NCBI GenBank assembly: GCA_028873865.1
Contig: JAPPNI010000015.1
Location: forward strand, 211,294 to 275,293
Length of the DNA stretch: 64,000 nt
Direction: 5' to 3'
From: Chloroflexota bacterium
GTDB lineage: Bacteria; Chloroflexota; Dehalococcoidia; Bin125
Each line of letters opens with the position of its first letter. Within the stretch, counting starts at the first letter, position 1. This document shows, piece after piece, positions 49,165 to 57,365 of this stretch. A program made the position numbers and the translations under genes. Below the pieces are notes generated by a model, which did no database searches, was not told where the DNA came from, and saw nothing but the letters and a program-made list of their open reading frames with translations.

Positions 49165-49235
49165 GCAGCGCGCCACTTTGGTACCTTTGATCGCACTCCG
49201 ACCGGAGAGACGAACGTACGGAAGGACAACCACAA

Positions 49236-49790
49236 ATGAGCGACGCACCTGCCCGCGCGATGACTCCCGTTGGCGTCAATCACCTGGTCCTCAACGTGCG
49301 CGACATCGAGGTCGCGCACGAGTTCTGGACCGACGTGATGGGCTTCCGCCACATCGGATCGCTCAAGCCGCGCGACGAGCGTTCGATGACCATGCGCTTC
49401 TACAACGGACTCTCCGAGAGCCATCACGACCTCGCCCTGGCCGAGATCATGGGCGACTCGGAAGATTCCGGCGACTGGTCAATGGCTCCGCGCCGCCCCG
49501 GACTCAACCACCTCGCCATTCACTACCCCGACCGCGACTCGTGGCTCAAGCAGATCGCCTTCCTCCAGTCCAGGGGCGTCAAGTTCAACCTGCGCATCAA
49601 CCACGGGATGACCCACTCGGTCTACATCAACGACCCCGACGGCCACGGCATCGAGGTCCTCTACGAACTCCCGCGAGAGCACTGGGAGGGCGACATCGAC
49701 GGCGCGCTCAACTACGCCGAGGTCCTCCCCACCGAGGGCGACGAAGCCCTCGTCGACGAACCGACTCCCGCCTTCACCGGCGGCGACTAG
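49236..49790 (+). CDS. VOC (glyoxalase/bleomycin-resistance/dioxygenase) family protein
   Basis: VNHLVLNVRDIEVAHEFWTDVMGF and a second beta-alpha-beta-beta-beta module. Confidence 0.8.
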   Translation: MSDAPARAMTPVGVNHLVLNVRDIEVAHEFWTDVMGFRHIGSLKPRDERSMTMRFYNGLSESHHDLALAEIMGDSEDSGDWSMAPRRPGLNHLAIHYPDRDSWLKQIAFLQSRGVKFNLRINHGMTHSVYINDPDGHGIEVLYELPREHWEGDIDGALNYAEVLPTEGDEALVDEPTPAFTGGD

Positions 49791-49802
49791 GTCCATCGAT
49801 CA

Positions 49803-51275
49803 ATGGCCATGCGCAACGGCGCGGCCTACCTGGCCGGGCTGAAGGACGAACGCCGTATCTGGCACAACGGCGCCCTGGTGGAAGATGTCACCACCGCGCC
49901 CGGCTTCGCCAACGCCGCTCATACCATCGCCGCCTACTACGACTTCCAGTGCGACCCCGCCAACCGCGAGATCATCTCCTACGAGGATGAGGACGGCGAG
50001 CGCTCTCACCGCTCGTTCAAGATTCCCCGCTCGAGACAGGACCTGCGCGATCGAGGCGCCGCCTACGCCGCCTGGGCCGAACACACCGGCGGACAGCTCG
50101 GACGCGCGCCCGACTACATGAACGCCGCCATCGCCGGCGTCGCCGCTGCGAGACATCACTGGGGACGGAATGAACCTGAGCTGGGCGAGCACGCCGCCGC
50201 CATCCTCGACCATTGTCGTCGCAATGACGTCTGCCTGACCCACACCTTCATCACTCCGCAGATCGACCGCAAGACCCCGCTCGGCGAACAGGAACCCTTC
50301 CTCAACGCCGGCGTCGTCAAGCGAACCTCGGACAGCATCATCGTCCGCGGCGCGCGCATCCTGGGCACGCTGGCGCCGTTCTCCGACGAAAACCTGTCGA
50401 TGGTCCTACCAATCGTCAAGGGCGAAGAAGAGCTCAAGTACGCGCTTTGCTTCACCATCCCCGTCGACACACCCGGACTGCACTGGGTCTGCCGCGACTC
50501 CTTCGACCCCAACCGCTCAAGCCACGACTACCCAATCTCCAGCCGCTTTGAGGAGATCGACACCGTCGCGGTGTTCGATGACGTGGAAGTGCCCTGGGAG
50601 AACGTCTTCGGCTACCAGGACGAGAAGATCCACAACACGGCCCTGATGGTCATGCGCTTCCAGGAATCCCTCGGTCACCACGTGATCGTCAAGAACGTCG
50701 CCAAGACGCGCTTCCTCCTGGGACTGGCCCACCTGATCGCCGAGAACGCCCAGACCAACTCGTTCATCAACGTTCAGATCCGTATCGGCGAGATCGTCAC
50801 CATGCTCCAGACGCTCGAGTCGATCACCATCGCGGCGGTCGAGGGCGCCGTGGAAAATCCTGACAACGGCGTCTGGTACTGCAACGCCAACGCGATCACC
50901 GCCGGCCTCCGCCTCTTCCCCGACTACTACGTCCAGATCATCGACCACATCAAGCAGATCGGCGGCAGCAACTTCATGGCCGCCCCATCCGGGGCCAACA
51001 TGGAGGCCATCACCGAAGCAGTCGGCCCATCGGTCGAGCGCTACTTCAAGGGCGCCGCCGACATGACCGAAGAAGGCATCGACAAGGTCCCCCTCTTCCG
51101 CCTCGCCTGGGACGTCGTCGGTACCTCCCTCGCCGGCCGCCAGGAACTGTACGAGCGCTTCTTCTTCGGCGACCAGCAGGTCTCCAAGTCCCAGTCCTAC
51201 CTCCGCTTCGACAAGACGGAAGCAATCGAAACGGTCCGCCGATTGCTGGACCCGGAGTGGCTCGGTCAGAAGTGA
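49803..51275 (+). CDS. 4-hydroxyphenylacetate 3-monooxygenase oxygenase-component (HpaB) family flavin-dependent monooxygenase
   Basis: 490 aa. N-terminal MRNGAAYLAGLKDER...I and HpaB-family layout. Confidence 0.8.
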   Translation: MAMRNGAAYLAGLKDERRIWHNGALVEDVTTAPGFANAAHTIAAYYDFQCDPANREIISYEDEDGERSHRSFKIPRSRQDLRDRGAAYAAWAEHTGGQLGRAPDYMNAAIAGVAAARHHWGRNEPELGEHAAAILDHCRRNDVCLTHTFITPQIDRKTPLGEQEPFLNAGVVKRTSDSIIVRGARILGTLAPFSDENLSMVLPIVKGEEELKYALCFTIPVDTPGLHWVCRDSFDPNRSSHDYPISSRFEEIDTVAVFDDVEVPWENVFGYQDEKIHNTALMVMRFQESLGHHVIVKNVAKTRFLLGLAHLIAENAQTNSFINVQIRIGEIVTMLQTLESITIAAVEGAVENPDNGVWYCNANAITAGLRLFPDYYVQIIDHIKQIGGSNFMAAPSGANMEAITEAVGPSVERYFKGAADMTEEGIDKVPLFRLAWDVVGTSLAGRQELYERFFFGDQQVSKSQSYLRFDKTEAIETVRRLLDPEWLGQK

Positions 51276-51333
51276 CTCTGTGTCCAAGGCTCGCCTCGGT
51301 TGATAGCCTGAAACAGGAGAGCAAGGTCCAGCG

Positions 51334-51606
51334 GTGATCAGCGAAGAGCAAGGCCCAGAGAGCATCCGACAGCCGGCGCGGGGGGAACCCATCGTCGAGT
51401 CTCGTCTACCGCTCGATTGGGGCGACGAAGACCCCGACGAGGTGTGGGAAGCGCTGTACGACAAAGGACTCGTTGATCCGCCATATCGAGGACGTCGGCA
51501 TGGGCAAACGATTGCCGAAATCGTCATGACCTGGAAGCCACTTGGTCGCAACATCACCGATGAATATCTTGTCTGCGCACTCGGCCGCTGTGACTGCTGT
51601 CAGTGA
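51334..51606 (+). CDS. putative antitoxin partner of VapC (non-canonical, Cys-rich C-terminus)
   Basis: 90-aa ORF with 4-nt overlap with the vapC start. Ends CALGRCDCCQ. No AbrB/RHH/Phd signature recognised. Confidence 0.4.
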   Translation: MISEEQGPESIRQPARGEPIVESRLPLDWGDEDPDEVWEALYDKGLVDPPYRGRRHGQTIAEIVMTWKPLGRNITDEYLVCALGRCDCCQ

Positions 51607-52043
51607 ACCAAGCCCATCTTTATTTGGACACGAGCGCGGTTGCCAAACTCCTCATCAGAGAAGAGCCAGACGCCGACTTTGCTGCCAGGCTGATCGCCCG
51701 GTTTGATGCCATACAAACCAGTCTCCTGACCTATCCGGAAACGATGTCGGCGCTCACGCGAGCTCGGAGGGATCGGCGTCTGTCCGATCAAGGACTGCAA
51801 GATGCATTAGATCGGTTCGGCACGCTTTGGCCTCGTTTCGAGATCGTCCATTTCTCCGAGCGAATCGCGTTCGACGCCGCTGGCTTTATTCTCGATTTTC
51901 CTCTCTCTGGCGCGGATGCAGTCCAGATCGCCAGTGCGTTGTCGATTCCGCAGGAACCTACATTGACGTTCGCCTCTTGGGATCGAAGACAGGCTGAGGC
52001 CGCTCGCAGACTTGGACTCTCGATCCAGCCGACAGTTGATTGA
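51603..52043 (+). CDS. vapC: PIN-domain toxin, VapC family
   Basis: LYLDTSAVAKLL N-terminal acidic motif plus downstream D/E residues, typical of the PIN fold. 146 aa. Confidence 0.8.
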   Translation: MNQAHLYLDTSAVAKLLIREEPDADFAARLIARFDAIQTSLLTYPETMSALTRARRDRRLSDQGLQDALDRFGTLWPRFEIVHFSERIAFDAAGFILDFPLSGADAVQIASALSIPQEPTLTFASWDRRQAEAARRLGLSIQPTVD

Positions 52044-52104
52044 CCCTCCCCACCCCTCGCGCCTAGCCTCGATGCGTATCTCGCGTTCAGGGAATGGGGA
52101 TGAT

Positions 52105-53019
52105 ATGGGACACCTCGATGGCAAGGTGGCGCTGGTCACCGGCGGCGCCGGCGGCATGGGATCACAAATTTGCAAGGTCTTCGCCGAGCAGGGCGCCTCC
52201 GTCGTCGCCTGCGACACCGGCTTCGACGTCGAAGGCCGCGCCGGCATGGACCCGTCCAGAGTCCAGGCAGTGGTCGACGAAATCATCGCCAACGGTGGAC
52301 AGGCCGTCGCCGTCGCCGGCGACATCGCCGACATGGACACCGCCGAGCGCGCCGTCCAGACCGCGATCGACACCTTCGGCGACCTCGACATCCTCTGCTG
52401 CGCCCACGGCATCCTGCGCGAGCGCATGGTCTTCAACATGACCGAGGAGGAGTGGGACGAGCTGGTTCGCATCCACCTCAAGGGTTGCTTCGCCCCGACC
52501 AAGTTCGCCGCCATTCACTGGCGCGCCAACCGCGACAAGGGCAATCGCCGGATCATCTACTTCACCTCCTCCGCCGGAGTCCGCGGCGAGGCCGGCCAGC
52601 CCAACTACTCGGCCGCCCACGCCGGCAAGATCGGCCTCTCGCTCTCCAACGCCGAGGCGCTCGAGCGCTACGGTGCGACCTCGAACTGCATCTCGCCGGC
52701 CGCCGCGACGCGCATGACCGATCGCGGTCGCGGCGTCGACCAGAGCGCCGACGCGCCCAGCCTCAGCGCCGCCGGCACGATGATGGACCCGAGTAACGTC
52801 ACCCCCGTCGTCACCTACCTCGCCTCCGACGCCTCAGCCGACATCAACGGCCGCGTCGTCGGCACGACCGGCGGACGCCTCACCATCTGGAAAGAACCCG
52901 AGTGGGAGCAGACGATCTGGAACGTCGAACCGTACTGGGACATCGACACGCTGTTCGAGCTGATTCCGCTCACCTTCGAGCTCCAGGGCATGGGCCCGCC
53001 CCCGCGACAGTTCCCCTAG
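52105..53019 (+). CDS. SDR-family oxidoreductase with about 55-aa C-terminal extension
   Basis: GKVALVTGGAGGMG Rossmann motif. S...YSAAHAGK catalytic Tyr/Lys. GGGGA RBS. Confidence 0.85.
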   Translation: MGHLDGKVALVTGGAGGMGSQICKVFAEQGASVVACDTGFDVEGRAGMDPSRVQAVVDEIIANGGQAVAVAGDIADMDTAERAVQTAIDTFGDLDILCCAHGILRERMVFNMTEEEWDELVRIHLKGCFAPTKFAAIHWRANRDKGNRRIIYFTSSAGVRGEAGQPNYSAAHAGKIGLSLSNAEALERYGATSNCISPAAATRMTDRGRGVDQSADAPSLSAAGTMMDPSNVTPVVTYLASDASADINGRVVGTTGGRLTIWKEPEWEQTIWNVEPYWDIDTLFELIPLTFELQGMGPPPRQFP

Positions 53020-53104
53020 ACCCCGACAACGTCATACCCGCGCTTGCCGCGGGTATCTCGACGAACCGGCGACGATGATTCGAACGAGACGATAAGTAGG
53101 CGCC

Positions 53105-54082
53105 ATGACCACACCAGACTCCGACACCACGCCCCCATTCGTTGGCAGGAGCGGACAGACTGTGAAACATCTCGAAGGACGGATCTGCATCATCACCGGC
53201 GGCGCTGGAGGCATCGGCTCCAATCTCTGCCGGGTCTTCGGCGAGCAGGGCGCGAAGGTCGTCGTCGCCGACACCGGCTTCGACGTCGAGGGCCGCTTTG
53301 GCATGGACGCCTCCAGGGTCGAGGCCATCGTCGACGAGATCCGCGACGCCGGCGGCGAAGCCGTCCCCTTCGTCGGCGACGTCGCCGACATGGACACCGC
53401 CGAGCGCATGATCCAGACCGCGATCGATGAGTTCGGCGGTCTCGACGTGCTCGTCTGCGCCCACGGCATCCTGCGCGAGCGCATGATCTTCAACATGACC
53501 GAGGACGAATGGGACGGCCTCGTCCGCGCCCACCTCAAGGGCTGCTTCGCCCCGACCAAGTTCGCCTCGATCTACTGGCGAGCCAACCGCGACGGAGAGC
53601 ACCGGCGGATCATCTACTTCACCTCCGACGCTGGCATCCGCGGCTCGGCCGGACAACCCAACTACTCCGCCGCCCACGCCGCCAAGCTCGGCCTGATGCG
53701 CTCCAACGTCGGCGCCCTCGGACGCTACGGCGTCACCACCAACTGCATCGCGCCCGGCGCGTCCACCCGCATGACCGACCGCGGCCGCGGCATCGACGCC
53801 TCCGGTCCCGCTCCGTCCGAGTCCGCCGCCGGCACCGCCCGCGACCCCAAGAACGTCGCCCCGATCGTCGCCTGGCTCGCCTCCGACCAGTCCGACGCCG
53901 CCAACGGCCGCATCTTCGGCGCCAGCGGACACCGGATCTCAATGTTCTCCGAGCCCGTGCTCGAACGCTACCTGCACTTCGACGACAACCGGATCGACCT
54001 CGACACGCTCTTCGAACTCTGGCCGCACACCCTCGGAGCAGGCGGATTCCCGCGCAACAGCATCCGCCCCGGCCTCGTCTAG
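53105..54082 (+). CDS. SDR-family oxidoreductase (tandem paralog)
   Basis: GRICIITGGAGGIG. YSAAHAAK. Highly similar to 52105..53019. Confidence 0.85.
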   Translation: MTTPDSDTTPPFVGRSGQTVKHLEGRICIITGGAGGIGSNLCRVFGEQGAKVVVADTGFDVEGRFGMDASRVEAIVDEIRDAGGEAVPFVGDVADMDTAERMIQTAIDEFGGLDVLVCAHGILRERMIFNMTEDEWDGLVRAHLKGCFAPTKFASIYWRANRDGEHRRIIYFTSDAGIRGSAGQPNYSAAHAAKLGLMRSNVGALGRYGVTTNCIAPGASTRMTDRGRGIDASGPAPSESAAGTARDPKNVAPIVAWLASDQSDAANGRIFGASGHRISMFSEPVLERYLHFDDNRIDLDTLFELWPHTLGAGGFPRNSIRPGLV

Positions 54083-54147
54083 TCCGGCAGTTGCGATCGA
54101 TCCAGCCCACGCATAGCCTGCCATCGATCCTGGAAAGCTCCCCAACC

Positions 54148-55134
54148 GTGCACAGAGTCCTTGCTCCGTGGTTGTTGCTGGCGCTCGTCCTCGCGATCGC
54201 CCTGACCGCCTCCGCCTGCGCCGACGACGCCGAATACGACGGCCTGCTGGTCGTCACGACCGTCGCGCCGCTGCGCAACATCATTGAGGAGGTCGGCGGA
54301 GATCGGATCACCGTCGTCGCGCTCGTGCCCGAAGGCACCAACAGCCACACCTTCGACCCGCCGCCCTCGGCCGTCGGCGAGCTCGAGAAGGCCGACCTGA
54401 TCATCATCAACGGCCTCAACCTCGAGTTGCCGACACTCGAGTTGGCCGAAGCCAACGCCTCCGAAGACACGCCGATCGTCCTGCTCGGCAACCTCGCCGT
54501 CTCCCCCGACGAATACGTCTTCGACTTCTCCTTCCCCGAGGAGGGAGGCAACCCGAATCCGCACCTCTGGACCGCCCCGCACCTGGCCGTCGAGTACGCC
54601 GAGATCGTGCTCGGCGAACTCTCCAAGATCGACCCCGACGGCGCGGACTACTACGCCGCCAACGCCGAGCGCTTCATCGCTCGCCTCTGGGAACTGGACG
54701 AGGCGATCGCCCAGGCCACCGCCACGATCCCCGAACCCCACCGCAAACTGATCACCTACCACGACTCCTTCCCCTACTTCGCCCCGCGCTACGGACTCGA
54801 GATCATCGGCGCAATCCAGCCCTCCGACTTCTCCAAGCCCGCGCCCCGCGAAGTCGCCGATCTGATCGATCAGATCCGCGCAGCCGGCGTGCCCGCGATC
54901 TTCGGTTCGGAAGTCTTCCCCTCCGAGGTGTTGGAGACCATCGCCCAGGAGGCTGGAGCGGTCCAGGTCTCGACGCTCTCCGACGACGACCTGCCGGGAT
55001 CCCCGGGCGATCCCCAGAACACGCTCGTCGGCATGATGGTCGAGAATGTGCGCACGATGGTCACCGTCCTCGGCGGCGACGCATCGGCGCTGGATGGTTT
55101 CGATACGAGCAGCACGTGGCAACCGTCGGAGTAG
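54148..55134 (+). CDS. metal ABC transporter substrate-binding lipoprotein (ZnuA/TroA family)
   Basis: Lipobox LTASACADD, then a TroA-like fold with His-containing metal-site segments. GTG start. Confidence 0.75.
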   Translation: MHRVLAPWLLLALVLAIALTASACADDAEYDGLLVVTTVAPLRNIIEEVGGDRITVVALVPEGTNSHTFDPPPSAVGELEKADLIIINGLNLELPTLELAEANASEDTPIVLLGNLAVSPDEYVFDFSFPEEGGNPNPHLWTAPHLAVEYAEIVLGELSKIDPDGADYYAANAERFIARLWELDEAIAQATATIPEPHRKLITYHDSFPYFAPRYGLEIIGAIQPSDFSKPAPREVADLIDQIRAAGVPAIFGSEVFPSEVLETIAQEAGAVQVSTLSDDDLPGSPGDPQNTLVGMMVENVRTMVTVLGGDASALDGFDTSSTWQPSE

Positions 55135-55997
55135 ACGCACTGGTCAGGTTGGAGGGCGTCGCCCTGGGCTACGAGGGCGTCGTCGCCCTACGTGATGTCG
55201 ACCTCACCATCGCCCCGGGAGAACTGATCGGCATCGTTGGTCCCAGCGGCAGCGGCAAGACGACCCTGCTGCGCTCGCTGCTCGGCGAGCCCCAACTCTA
55301 CGCGGGAACCGCCACGGTCGCCGACCAGACCAGGGTCGGCTATGTGCCCCAGGTCGAGACGGTCGACTGGAACTTCCCCATCACGGTCGAGCAGGTCGTG
55401 CTGCTCGGGCGCTGGCGAAGCCGTCGCTGGTTGCCCTGGGTCAGCCGCGCCGACCACGACCGGGCCCACGAAGTGATGGATCAGCTCGGCATCTCCGAGT
55501 TCGCCCATCGACCCATCCGCGCCCTCTCCGGAGGCCAACAGCAGCGAGCCTTCCTCGGCCGCGCCTTGGTCGGCTCGCCCGATCTCCTCCTGCTCGACGA
55601 ACCGACCTCCGGCGTCGACATCAAGACCCGGCACGAGATCCTCCACCAGCTCGCCGGACTGAACACCGCCGGCGTCACCGTTGTCCTCACCACCCACGAT
55701 CTCAACGGCGTCGCCTCGCACCTGCCGCGCCTGATCGCCCTGGGCGAGCAGACCGTCCTCGCCGACGGACCGTCGTCCGAGGTCTTGCAACCCGGCATCC
55801 TCGAACGCGCCTACGGCCAGCCCATGCTGGTCGTGCAGAGCGGCCACGAGACCTACGTGCTGCCGGTCCCGGAAGAGGCGCCCGGCGCGCACGGAGACGC
55901 GCTGCCGCCGCCCGAGGTCGTCAGCGTCGTCGGCCGCCCCGACAGCGACCAGGATTCCGACCCGACCCCCGACCCAGCTCCAGACCCAACCCCCTGA
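55116..55997 (+). CDS. metal ABC transporter ATP-binding protein (ZnuC-like) with Asp/Pro-rich tail
   Basis: Walker A GPSGSGKTT, LSGGQQQR, LLLLDEPTSGVD. Confidence 0.85.
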   Translation: MATVGVDALVRLEGVALGYEGVVALRDVDLTIAPGELIGIVGPSGSGKTTLLRSLLGEPQLYAGTATVADQTRVGYVPQVETVDWNFPITVEQVVLLGRWRSRRWLPWVSRADHDRAHEVMDQLGISEFAHRPIRALSGGQQQRAFLGRALVGSPDLLLLDEPTSGVDIKTRHEILHQLAGLNTAGVTVVLTTHDLNGVASHLPRLIALGEQTVLADGPSSEVLQPGILERAYGQPMLVVQSGHETYVLPVPEEAPGAHGDALPPPEVVSVVGRPDSDQDSDPTPDPAPDPTP

Positions 55998-55999
55998 CC

Positions 56000-56869
56000 A
56001 TGCTTGAGCCGTTCGAGTTTGGCTTCATGCAACGGGCGATGATCGCAGCCACGCTGGTTGGCGGCGTGACCGCGGCCGTCGGTGTCTTCGTCATCCTCCG
56101 CCGCCTCGCCTACATCGGCCACGGACTCGCCCACAGCATCTTCGGCGGCGCCGTCGTCTCCTTCACCATCGGCTTCAACTTCTTCCTCGGCGCCAGCCTC
56201 TGGGGAGCCTTCAGCGTGTTCCTCATCAACCAGGCCGCCCGCCGCCGACAGATCGGCGGCGACGCCGCCATCGGCATCATCACCACCGCCGCCTTCGCCA
56301 TCGGCATCGCCGTCATCTCACGAGCCCGCAGCTTCACCCGCGACTTCGAGGCCGCCCTCTTCGGCGAGATCCTCGGCATCACCACCCAGGACCTCTACGT
56401 CACGACCGGCATGGTTGTGCTCATCGCCCTGGTCCTCTTCCTGCTCTGGAAGCCGCTCGTCTTCATCACCTTCGACCACGACGTCGCCACCTCGTACGGC
56501 ATCCCCGTCCGCTGGGTCGAGGCGATCTTCTCCCTCGCCCTCGCCGCTACCGTCGTCGCCGCCCTGCAGGTGCTCGGAGTCACGCTGATCGCCGCCGCGC
56601 TGGTCATCCCGCCCGTGGTCGCCCGGATGCTGACCGACTCGTTTCCGCGCATGTTCGTGATCGCCGTGATCATCGGCGCGCTCACCGGGTTCCTCGGCGT
56701 CTACGTCTCCTGGTTCGTCGATGTTTCCTCGGGAGCGACGGTCGTGCTCGTCCAGGCAGCGGTCTTCGCACTCACTCTGGGCTGGGGACTCATCGAGTCG
56801 CGCCGGGGCTTCAGCGCCGCCCGCCGAGCCGAACGCCTCGCCGGCCTCGAGCGCTCCCTCAACGACTGA
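56000..56869 (+). CDS. metal ABC transporter permease (ZnuB-like)
   Basis: 8-TM ABC-3 family pattern. The last 13 codons lie in a 40-bp repeat. Confidence 0.85.
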   Translation: MLEPFEFGFMQRAMIAATLVGGVTAAVGVFVILRRLAYIGHGLAHSIFGGAVVSFTIGFNFFLGASLWGAFSVFLINQAARRRQIGGDAAIGIITTAAFAIGIAVISRARSFTRDFEAALFGEILGITTQDLYVTTGMVVLIALVLFLLWKPLVFITFDHDVATSYGIPVRWVEAIFSLALAATVVAALQVLGVTLIAAALVIPPVVARMLTDSFPRMFVIAVIIGALTGFLGVYVSWFVDVSSGATVVLVQAAVFALTLGWGLIESRRGFSAARRAERLAGLERSLND

Positions 56870-56871
56870 CC
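56832..56871. repeat. 40-bp direct repeat, copy 1 (aacgcctcgccggcctcgagcgctccctcaacgactgacc), forming the 3' end of the permease gene
   Basis: Read directly. 39/40 identity with the copy at 57271-57310. Confidence 0.85.
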
Positions 56872-56937
56872 CTCGGCCTGTGGCAGATCATGCCTGGCTT
56901 GAGCTGAGGAACCAGGCAGAGGGTCCGACGCTCCGCC

Positions 56938-57267
56938 TCAGCCCACCCCGCTGAGGATCAGTCCCATCAGCGAGAGCGTCAGCGCCAGCATCAGCCCGAT
57001 CCCCCACCGCATCCAGGCTTGTCCCGACTTCATCTCCGAGCGCAGATCGTCGATCCTCGCGTTCATCTCCGAGCGTAGATCGTTAATTCTCAGGTTCAGA
57101 TCGTCAATCCTCTTACTCAGATCATCGATCCGAGTATTGACCTGACCGAGTGATCGCTGGAACTCTCCGGACCCAACCGGACGGCGATCCGCTTCAGGAA
57201 CCTGCTCGCTGCTCGACACCATCTCGCACCTCGCCCCATCTGGATCACATGATACCGGAAGGATCAT
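56938..57267 (-). CDS. small coiled-coil membrane protein with XhlA-like architecture (hendecad-repeat coiled coil + C-terminal TM)
   Basis: RIDDLSKRIDDLNLRINDLRSEMNARIDDLRSEMKS, then AWMRWGIGLMLALTLSLMGLILSGVG. About 33-nt tandem DNA repeats at 57030-57135. The true start may be the internal Met at 57222. Confidence 0.5.
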   Translation of the reverse strand: MILPVSCDPDGARCEMVSSSEQVPEADRRPVGSGEFQRSLGQVNTRIDDLSKRIDDLNLRINDLRSEMNARIDDLRSEMKSGQAWMRWGIGLMLALTLSLMGLILSGVG

Positions 57268-57270
57268 ACC

Positions 57271-57310
57271 AACGCCTCGCCGGCCTCGAACGCTCCCTCA
57301 ACGACTGACC
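57271..57310. repeat. 40-bp direct repeat, copy 2 (aacgcctcgccggcctcgaacgctccctcaacgactgacc)
   Basis: Read directly. Flanks the far side of the small-ORF insertion. Confidence 0.85.
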
Positions 57311-57365
57311 GACTGGCTAGAGTCGGAACCAGTCGGCAACGTCCCTCCGTCCATAGAATCGTTTC

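Noticed and set aside
53509-54147. 5' extension of the ZnuA-like ORF (541-aa version)
   Set aside because: The extension is Arg/Pro-rich and overlaps the SDR gene in another frame. The lipoprotein signal begins at GTG 54148.
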